A DNA stretch of 64,000 bases from Fimbriosthenelais zetlandica (taxonomy: Eukaryota), in assembly GCA_977030845.1 (NCBI GenBank), contig OZ365112.1, positions 20,274,001-20,338,000 of the forward strand, in the 5' to 3' direction. The translations under genes were made by a program, and so were the position numbers. Of the stretch, positions 50,201 through 64,000 are shown one piece after another. Positions within the stretch are counted from its first letter, which is position 1, and each line of letters starts with the position of its first letter. The notes under the pieces were generated by a model, which had not been told where the DNA came from, did not search any database, and saw only the letters and a program-made list of their open reading frames with translations.

Positions 50201-50391
50201 AAGTTCAAGTTTCAGAATTCCAGGTATTTGTTGAGAACCATTGTGTTGATTTGATCTGCTTCATATTAAATGTAGGATTTAATTTCTGCGCCTGTCACTA
50301 TCAAGGACTGGTACCCTAGTACATACGGTTACAGGACCAGGAGCAGAGACGTTTCGATCCAGACCATGGACATCAGCATCCGCACAAGTGA

Positions 50392-50480
50392 GACCAAGCT
50401 CAGTTGGTTAGAGCGCCGGCTCACATATAGGGTGGTTGACCAATGATCGAAGGGTCGGCGGTTCAACCCCCGAGCTGCCC
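50392..50480 (+). mobile_element. tRNA-derived SINE head or tRNA-like relic
   Basis: A-box AGCTCAGTTGGTTAGAGC from 50397 and B-box-like GGTTCAACCCC 50460-50470, with an over-long spacer and no clean cloverleaf. Confidence 0.55.
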
Positions 50481-53134
50481 AAGGCATTTCCAATGCCTCC
50501 CTCCTCAGGGTGTTGGTGTACATATGTTGTATAGCACATGCACCTAGAAATATCTATTGCACAGAAGGCAATGTAGTCATGCACATAGAAAGAACCCCCA
50601 GCTGAAAATCATAGGTAAAACTTGTGTAATCAAGAGTGTGAGCTGGTATTCACCCATGACAGGCTCTATAAAAATTCTAACTAAAAGAAATATATTTAAA
50701 ATGTCATTTCTTCTGAATGTCAGATATACCTGGAATTTGAAAATAGAAAACTAATATGGAAATGTATTTATCCTAAACATTATATGTGATATGTTCGCGT
50801 TTTAGTCTAGATTTTAATTGTATATTTAAGATGTTTTAATATTGATTTTAAATGTCTATTTATTTTTATTAGTAGGATAAAGACTTCAGCATCAGCAGCT
50901 ATCCAGACCTAAAATCGAGGATGGTGCCACACCATGCACATCACCATCCACACAATTTGGACCAACCGTTCCATGAGGTATGTGTTCAAAGAAAATTTCA
51001 TAACTTAAAAAGCAATATTAAATATTGTGTAAATTTAGTAAAGTTATCTCTATTGTTTAATATCTATGCGTGAATCTACTTCTGCATATATTTCTGTACA
51101 CAGACAGACCTGTCTGACCACCTATCTGATAATTGTATCTGTTACCCCAAAAAGTATTGTATTATATTGTATTGTTGTTTGCTTTTGGTTCCAGGTGTTC
51201 TCCACCTCATCTACTCCCTAGCGGCACCTTCACTCACTCCCCCCTCTCTTTATATTAGTTGGATGTTAGAAGACACTGGAGCAGAGATGTCACCACAGAA
51301 TCATCAGGAAGGCATCTGCTCAAGTTAGACCCACCTTCATATGGGGGTAAGTGATAGAAACTTTCACAAAAAACTTAAAATTTTAAGATATTTACCTAAC
51401 ATTTGTGCGCTTTTTACTAATGAAAAACCTACATGTATGTATAATTTACTGCTCTGTCAATTCGCATTTTAATCTGCTGCACTTTTAAACATTTTAGGAA
51501 TGCATTGATATCATTTATTATTTATAAGAGATTCCTAAATCTAAATTATCCAAGATGTACATGTACTCATCTATTATGTTTAATCGCAGGGTCTATGACT
51601 GTCAGGCAGCCTCTTCTAACCACCAAGACTCGTAGCTTCATCCTAGATTGACGCAGGATTCACGCCATAAGACGATGATACGAGATACCACTCCTCCGCG
51701 CAAGCTTCAAGGTAATTACAAGACCTCACGATAACAAACAGAAAATGGGTTAAGATTTGTATGAAGAATAAAGAATAGGCCAAAAGAAATAGTAAATTTT
51801 TAAATTTACCTTTCTAGCTGTAACTTTTCTTTTACCTTTTGAATTTTAACTTTCTTTAAAAAGAGATAATACGATAAAGTGAATCATTAGACACTTATGC
51901 TAATATGTTACAGGCCCATATCTATCAAGATGCCCTGCTCTTACACTACATGAGTACCAAGGCCTACAGCTTCATCCAAGATCTACACACCAAGTACCAG
52001 GATGAAAGAAGTGGGCGCGGAAGGAGGATCAAGACAATAGCCCGCGACAAATCTCTCTGGGCAGCTCAAGCTTCCTTCCAGGTAATATATCAGTGAGGCA
52101 AACATACTACATTGCACTCATCTCTAGTGAAACGAGATGAAACTTGAATGTAGAAAAAAATACATAAATATGTAGACAATAAAGACAAAATTTCTACTGG
52201 TTCTGCTGTATATTAAATGTTCAATATTTATTGATATCTTTTGGTCATTTTTACTGATTAAATATTTGAAAAAATATTACCTTCAGTGAGACAAAATTAC
52301 AATATAAATATTTCTACATCTGATGTATATAAATAATAAATATTTACTGACTTAATATTGGTCATTTTTACTGATTAAATATCTGAAGAAGATGACATTT
52401 TTGAGATAGTGATGCCATGATGTGATGAGTTTGCCATCTAAATTTGCTCACCAGTAACTGTCATTATTTGTTCATAGACCTCGATGATTATTATACAATT
52501 TGTAGCTTACGTAAATCCATTCTACAAAACTAATTATGGCATTTATTCATTTCTTGGCAGAAGACTGACTTCTACTTCAAAATAAAAAGGTCCATCAGCG
52601 ACTGAGAAGGAGGGAGGAAAGTGGGGTGGAGGCGGGGGAAGAATAGAAACCATCTTTCTCCAAAGCAAAGGTAACTAAAAATTTTTAGATATCTTATTTT
52701 CAATTTGTGATTGTAATATATTTTTTTGCTGAAATGCTAATTGTAATGTATTTTACAGTCCTTTCACTCTAAGTTGATGCAAAACCAAAGTACAAATGTA
52801 TATTCTCATCATGTTAGAGGTTATAAAGTAATTGCTTTTATTATCTTTATTTTTTTTTTAATCTTTTAGTAATTATCATTTTTTGTAATTGTATTTTGTC
52901 TTTGAAAGCCTTTACTCAAATTGCATCAAAAGTAAGCAAGTTTTAAAACGTTACATTGTTTTTTTTTTATAAATAGTATATAACATGTTCCTGTTTTATT
53001 TAATCTAGATTTTAATTTGTATATTCATTTTTATTATCACCAGGGGACAGGAGGATGGCCCCGGAGCTTAGACGCTTTACCACATTGAATACAATCACCA
53101 GGAGCGCAACACAAGTTAGATGGTGCTTGAGCTC

Positions 53135-53268
53135 ATGTTATCAAGACTGTCGTTCAAGTTCATCTGATGTTATCAAGACTGTCGTTCAAGCTCAGCATCT
53201 GATGTTATCAAGACTGTCGTTCAAGCTCATCTGATGTTATCAAGACTGTCGTTCAAGCTCATCTGATG
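53135..53268. repeat. 32-bp tandem repeat, about 4 copies, abutting the 28-bp satellite
   Basis: Unit CATCTGATGTTATCAAGACTGTCGTTCAAGCT, seen directly. Confidence 0.9.
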
Positions 53269-55680
53269 CAGCAGACTAACCAATCCTTAATTACAGCAGC
53301 CGCCTAATCATGCCTTAATTCCAGCAGCAGACTAATCATGCCTTAATTCCAGCAGCAGCCTAATCATGCCTTAATTGCAGCAGCAGACTAATCATGCCTC
53401 AATTGCAGCAGCAGACTAATCATGCCTTAATTGCAGCAACAGCCTAATCATGCCTTAATTCCAGCAGCAGACTAATCATGCCTTAATTCCAGCAGCAGCC
53501 TAATCATGCCTTAATTGCAGCAGCAGACTAATCATGCCTCAATTGCAGCAGCAGACTAATCATGCCTTAATTGCAGCAACAGCCTAATCATGCCTTAATT
53601 CCAGCAGCAGAATAATCATGCTTTAATTGCAGCAGCAGACTAATCATGCCTCAATTACAGCAGCAGCTTAATCATGCCTTAATTGCAGCAGCAGCCTAAT
53701 CATGCCTTAATTGCAGCAGCAGACTAATCATGCCTCAATTGCAGCAGCAGACTAATCATGCCTTAATTGCAGCAGCAGACTAATCATGCCTTAATTCCAG
53801 CAGCAGACTAATCATGCCTCAATTCCAGCAGCAGCTTAATCATGCCTTAATTGCAGCAGCAGCCTAATCATGCTTTAATTGCAGCAGCCGCCTAATCATG
53901 CTTTAATTGCAGCAGCCGCCTAATCTTGCCTCAATTCCAGCAGCAGACTAATCATGCCTCAATTCCAGCAGCAGACTAATCATGCCTTAATTCCAGCAGC
54001 ATCCTAATCATGCCTTAATTGCAGCAGCAGACTAATCATGCCTCCATTCCAGCAGCCGATTAATCATGCCTCAATTCCAGCAGCAGCTTAATCATGCCTT
54101 AATTCCAGCAGCAGCCTAATCATGCCTTAATTGCAGCAGCAGACTAATCATGCCTTAATTGCAGCAGCAGACTAATCATGCCTTAATTGCAGCAGCAGAC
54201 TAATCATGCCTTAATTCCAGCAGCAGCATACTCATACGTTAATTGCAGCAGCAGCCTAATCATGCTTTAATTGCAGCAGCAGCCTAATCATGCCTCAATT
54301 GCAGCAGCCGACTAATCATGCCTTAATTGCAGCAGCAGCCTAATCATGCCTTAATTGCAGCAGCAGCCTAATCATGCCTTAATTGCAGCAGCAGCCTAAT
54401 CATGCCTTAATTCCAGCAGCAGACTAATCATGCCTTAATTGCAGCAGCAGACTAATCATGCCTTAATTCCAGCAGCAGACTAATCATGCCTTAATTGCAA
54501 TAGCAGACTAATCATGCCTCAATTGCAGCAGCAGACTAATCATGCCTTAATTGCAGCAGCAGACTAATCATGCCTTAATTGCAGCAGCAGACTAATCATG
54601 CCTCAATTGCAGCAGCAGACTAATCATGCCTTAATTGCAGCAGCAGCCTAATCATGCCTTAATTGCAGCAGCAGCCTAATCATGCCTTAATTGCAGCAGC
54701 AGCCTAATCATGCCTTAATTGCAGCAGCAGACTAATCATGCCTTAATTGCAGCAGCAGACTAATCATGCCTTAATTGCAGCAGCAGACTAATCATGCCTT
54801 AATTGCAACAGCAGACTAATCATGCCTTAATTCCAGCAGCAGCCTAATCATGCCTTAATTCCAGGAGCAGCCTAATCATGCCTTAATTCCACCAGCAGCC
54901 TAATCATGCCTCAATTCCAGCAGCAGCTTAATTATGCCTTAATTGCAGCAGCAGACTAATCATGCCTTAATTCCAGCAGCAGCCTAATCATGCCTTAATT
55001 GCAGCAGCAGCCTAATCATGCTTTAATTGCAGCAGCAGCCTAATCATGCCTCAATTGCAGCAGCCGACTAATCATGCCTTAATTGCAGCAGCAGACTAAT
55101 CATGCCTTAATTGCAGCAGCAGACTAATCATGCCTTAATTGCAGCAGCAGACTAATCATGCTTTAATTGCAGCAGCAGACTAATCATGCCTTAATTCCAG
55201 CAGCAGTATAATCATGTTTTAATTGCAGCAGCAGCCTAATCATGCTTTAATTGCAGCAGCAGCCTAATCATGCCTCAATTGCAGCAGCCGACTAATCATG
55301 CCTTAATTCCAGCAGCAGACTAATCATGCCTTAATTCCAGCAGCAGACTAATCATGCCTCAATTCCAGCAGCAGACTAATCATGCCTCAATTCTTGCAGC
55401 AGACTAATCATGCCTTAATTCCAGTAGCAGCCTAATCAAGCCTTAATTTCAGTAGCAGCCTAATCACGTATTAATTCCAGTAGCAGCCTAATCATGCGTT
55501 AATTCCAGCAGCACTCTAATCATGCGTTAATTCCAGCAGTAGTCTAATCATGCCTTAATTACAGTAGCAGCCTAATCATGCCTTAATTCCAGCAGCAGTC
55601 TAATCATGCCTTAATTCCAGCAGCAGCCTAATCATGCCTTAATTCCAGTAGCAACGTATTCATGCCCGACTTCCAGCAGC
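53269..55680. repeat. 28-bp satellite, about 86 copies; consensus CAGCAGCAG(A/C)CTAATCATGCCTTAATT(G/C)
   Basis: 2412 bp divided by 28 gives about 86. The centre is homogeneous and the edges degenerate. A local 140-bp (5-unit) periodicity is visible (53401 versus 53541). Confidence 0.97.
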
Positions 55681-57101
55681 AGAAGAGGAGTCTTTCACAA
55701 TCCTGAACTTCCAAGGGAAAAAAGGAGTTACTAGGGTCAGCACCAATTTCCAGGTATCTGCTGAGAAAACAATTATATTACATTGAAGCCTTTCATCTGC
55801 TGTGTGTTTTGACTCTTGAATTTGACTTTTGAAAAGTTATTCACATTATCAGACCGTTAAGCTCCTATAAATCCCTCATTTTATTTGTAGTGTCACTCAT
55901 CTTGAAAACCTACTCGCATAGAAGATAAAAGAGCAGATAAAAATATGAAAATATACCTCCGATGACCGAGAAGAACAGGAAGTGTGGAGGAAAGTGGGTG
56001 GAGGCCGGGTAAGAGGAAAACCGTCATTCTCCAATGCAAAGGTAACTGGACTTTTTTAGATATATTTTTAAAAATTTGTGATTCTATGCTATAGATCCTA
56101 TCACATCTAATCTCTTCTGCAATTTGACATCATCTGGCTGAAACATAATGAACCAATTTAATTTAATGTTTCTTTTTCCCTATTCCAAGGAGAACTGGCC
56201 CAGAGCAGAAACTCTCAAATTGTGCTGATTAATTTACGAAAGATGAGCGAGCAAATAAATAAAAAGAAAAAAAGTCCATCAGCGACTGAGAAGGAGGGAG
56301 GAAAGATTGAAGGAAAGTGGGGCGGAGGTGGGGGAAGTATAGAAAGCGTCATTCTCCAAAGCAAAGGTAACTTGACATTTTTTTTTGTGATTGTAATATA
56401 TTTTTTTCTCAAATGAATTTTATACAGTGTCCCCGTCTGTTATGGTAGTCGCTAGTGGCGCCCTCAGTGGCCCTTTTCATAACTAATAACTCCTCTCTCT
56501 CTACTAGCGTCATGTGTGTGTAAAATATGAACTACCTTCTCTCAAGTAATATACATAATCTCTTCAAAAATTAGAAATCTGCTTGAAAATAAATGAACAA
56601 ATTTAATTCAATGTTTCTTTTTCCTTTTTGAAGGAGGACTGGCGCGGAATACAAACTCTCAACTTCTGCGGCATAATTTACTGAAGATGAGGTCGAAAAA
56701 AATAAAGAAAAATTATTGGGAATGATGGAGGAAAGATTGGAATAAAGTCTGGTGGTGGTGGGGAAAGAGTACAATCCGCCATTCTCCAAAGCAAAGGTAA
56801 CAAGACATTATTTTTATTTAATTTTTAAATCAAATGTCTATTTCATTCCGGTATTTTAATATTTGATGGAATGCTAAATCCTTTCTTATCTAATATGTTG
56901 TTGGGAAATAATTCTTCTTTGTTACTTCTTTGCTCCTTTACGAAAGTAAATGTTCTAAGGATTCAAATGTTTCCAGGATTGTGAAGAGATGAATGACATC
57001 GCTGGGATTCAGGCGACAACTTCAGGTGAACAAAACGTGAAGCATGAACGACACATGCTTCAGAAGATGTGTGAATTTTCGCCAAATTAAAAGTAGGTAA
57101 T

Positions 57102-57205
57102 CCAGCAGCAGACTAATCATGCCTTACTTCCAGCAGCCGCGTAATCATGCCTTACTTCTAGCACCCGCCTAATCATGCCTTACTTCTAGCACCCGCCTAA
57201 TCATG
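57102..57205. repeat. Four degenerate copies of the 28-bp satellite unit
   Basis: CCAGCAGCAGACTAATCATGCCTTACTT and variants, just after the donor at 57093. Confidence 0.85.
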
Positions 57206-59238
57206 TATGTAATGTATAGGCCTGCCTATAAGCTAGACCCCTATGGGATCTGCACAGTTAGGTTTATAGAAATCACATTACATAGAGCATTTACTCTTTA
57301 ATTTTTTATATATTTTTTTCCTGGAAAATCCTGGATCGGCTGAGTTAATTTTGTTTTAATATTCTTAAAAGTTATTTAAGAGTCAGGGGGAGGGTGAGAG
57401 CCTACTTGTAGAAAACTACTGAAGCAAGCTCCAGGTAAAAGCCAAGAGTCTCGGGGTGGGGGTGTAGTTGGTGGGGATTTTGTGGTCACATTTTTTCAGT
57501 CTTTGGTATGCTCAGAGGTATTCTTTACCACATAAGCCTACTGCTGATTCTGCCCTGATGGAGGCACATCCACAAATATACAATATATATCGGGAGATAA
57601 ACTTGGATAAAAGATTAGTACGAATCTACCAGCAGTCAAAGAGAGCGTCCCAGGGTCAGCTTGTTTTTATTAACATTAGTCCATCAGACACACACGGGCG
57701 GCGCCAACATGCATAGGCATACCTATCACCTGTTAATAATTAACACCTACAATCAATGCTCAGTTCTCAAAAAAGTTAGGGCCTATTGTATGCGTTGGAG
57801 AATTAATTATGTACTAGGCCTATATTGGAAATAATTATTTAACTCATTAATTAGATTTTTCCTGACCCGATAGATTAATCTTTGGTAGTCTAGTTAACTT
57901 TTGAGACAACCTGTCTGATGGTGTTTTTATTCAGGCAAATGAAGACAGCATGGGGACTTGATTTTCACCCTGCTTATTGCTATTAGTGCTATGAATAATA
58001 GATCTAAAAATATCTGAAATTAAAATATCAATGTCGGTTTTCGTAAAGATTTTGATACGGATACAGCCCCTATACTGTCGGGCCTGACCATAGCACTTCA
58101 TTTCATAATTTATATTTGAGTTTTTCTCTTATATGGTCTAGAGAGATCTACAATATTTCCTTCTATATCAATTCTGGTATAAGACTATATATTTAGGGCT
58201 AGATGCCCCAAGACCTATATGGGTCTATTTTCTAAAGATATATAATGTCTATCGTTTTAGTGATCTGTTTGGTGGTATAAATTCTTACTTTGCGCTTGTT
58301 GGTATTTTGTAACAAGATAGATCTAGGCCTATACCTCTTGGCCAAACTTTATAATCAGACGCCATTTCCTGTTCCCCATTGTTACCATTTACCACCCGTT
58401 GGATAAAGTTTGTTCAGCAATAATCTTTTGAGAGATCAGGGAGAATAACTTCCCAAGTGTTTAGAGTACTCCTGGGGGTGAGTGTGTCCATCCATCTTTC
58501 CACGTGGCAACCTGGCATAGAACTTTCTTATTGGTTGAATATTAAACCTCCTCCATTCAAGAGGTTGGGGTGAGGTTTGGTGGGGTGGGGGTAACTCCAA
58601 TTTTAATGGGATCCTTTCCCCAGTGTAAATTAGCTTAATTTGTGCCGCATTAATACGGACATTCTCATTGAAATATTTCATGGTACCTGGTTAAAACAGG
58701 TTAGTCCTAAATATTATCCCCAATTTTTCTTCCCTAAAATACATTTTACATAAAAAGTGAAAATATTAATATTTTATTGTGATGCATTTATTTCCACCCA
58801 TGGTTTAATATAAGTATCAAAAGTATAACAGTCTTTTAATATAATATTCCCCAACCCAACATGTTGTTGAACAATGTTTAGTGCCCCCGCCCCTTTGGAT
58901 GCTGAGGTAAGGAGGCCTGTGATTGGCAGCCCCTACTAAGACGCAGACGGTTCTAAACCCTGGAGATAGGTGGCAGGGGTTCAGAGATATCAGGGCTGGA
59001 CCAAGGGGAGAGAGAGAATGAGAGAGGAAGGAGGAAGAGGGCCGCCATCTTCCCAGCAAACCAAGCAGGAAACCCCCCAATACTAATTCCTTCCTCCTTG
59101 GTTTGTTTTTCGTTTTCAATTTTTGCCGAGGATTACTTTCTGTGCACCTCACCCACGGTCTATGAGTGAGTGGTTTGGAACCTGCTCCGCTGTTACTATT
59201 CCACCACACTGGCGAATCACGGTGAGCTGCTTGCCAAA

Positions 59239-63122
<3,884 letters not shown>

Positions 63123-64000
63123 TAGTAGTGGAAGCCTGCACGATGCATGACGACCGATGATGTGTAGGCCCTACCTACATTTTGAATTTAAATATAATTT
63201 TGAATCTTTCAAAAACTTCACAAGTAATTGATTATACCTTCCCCTAAAAGAAATGGACCTTTGGTACTTGGAAATTCGCTATAATATAGTGAAATAATAA
63301 TTTATATTTATGGAACTTTATATCCGGGCACTTTTCAGGCTTATAAGTGGCGATTATTTACTCCGAACCCTCTTTGCTTTCTACATCAATCCTGGATAGT
63401 GAAAATGGAAAAACTATAAGAATGTCACAAAACCTATAAGGTGACAAATTCATTAAAACTTAATTTTCTGAAATACCAAACTGTATCGCTTCGAACTTTG
63501 CGCTCAGTTATCGGTCAGCCGCATCTATTTTTTTTCTCTGCATGGATTCACATAGTGTTATAGTAGAGTAGTGAGTCTTAGAACAATTAGTTTTTGTGGT
63601 ATGTTTTGGTTGGTTTATTCAGATGATTGCATCTTAGGTGTGCCTAATAGTCTGTAGGTCTTAGAGACAGAACAGAGTAATTTGACATCCAGTGTTCCGT
63701 CTTTGACTATAGCCAAGTATATTTTGGAAACTGGCTAGAATGAACATGTCATGCACGAGTGATTTTTTCTGTCTTTTGACCGGTATATTTGATTAACTTT
63801 CTTTGCTTTGCTTTGTCATTTTCCGATATAAAATCTCAGTGGAAGATGAGACACTCTCTAGGTTTTTCTGCAGTTTAATGAGGGCATATTATCTAAAATA
63901 TTCAGCAAGTGGTGATGGACAGTAGAACTAATTCGGGCTTATTATATTCCCATGCTGTCTCTAGGTACATGTTTAGGCCTTGCAGAAAACAATCTCAATT

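Larger units (their letters stand above)
40810..57092 (+). ncRNA. Putative multi-exon long non-coding or degenerate-coding transcript built from internal duplications
   Basis: Consistent +-strand acceptor/donor pairs: exon 1 ending 40875; about 41754-41900; about 30 exons in 44473-50221; then about 50876-50977, 51195-51346, 51591-51711, 51913-52081, 52561-52670, 53044-55753, 55891-56041, 56190-56366, 56634-56796, 56977-57092. Exon lengths are often not multiples of 3, and some exons (e.g. 52561-52670) have stops in all three frames. No expression evidence. Confidence 0.55.

Noticed and set aside
53269-55680. CRISPR array or polyglutamine coding repeat
   Set aside because: No unique spacers in a eukaryotic context; the 28-nt period breaks the frame and introduces TAA stops.

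Overview
Eukaryotic, intron-rich, AT-rich genomic DNA from an invertebrate animal; the taxon cannot be fixed from sequence alone. Four protein-coding genes could be spliced by hand. (1) FRAS1-type basement-membrane protein on +: 57 coding exons from 1177 to 26717, signal-peptide exon not found. (2) UBXN8-like membrane UBX-domain protein on -, tail-to-tail with FRAS1, 5' end not found. (3) S-adenosylmethionine synthetase (MAT) on +, 34225-37505, complete. (4) ZCCHC24 on +, from 59239, last exon outside the window. Between MAT and ZCCHC24 (about 40.8-57.2 kb) lies a +-strand unit with promoter-like motifs and dozens of predicted GT-AG exons but no continuous reading frame. It is built from tandem exon+intron duplications and contains a 2.4-kb 28-bp satellite. 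Best leads: (a) a duplicated 3' splice site in MAT intron 2 whose upstream copy carries the METTL16/METT-10 motif UACAGAAAC beside a predicted long-range stem; (b) the satellite, in which roughly half of about 86 units are perfect bipartite STAR/Quaking elements inside a predicted lncRNA exon; (c) a roughly 200-aa insert with a furin site and an RGD inside one FRAS1 CSPG repeat. All exon boundaries and family assignments come from manual reading and recall; no database search, folding program or expression data was used.
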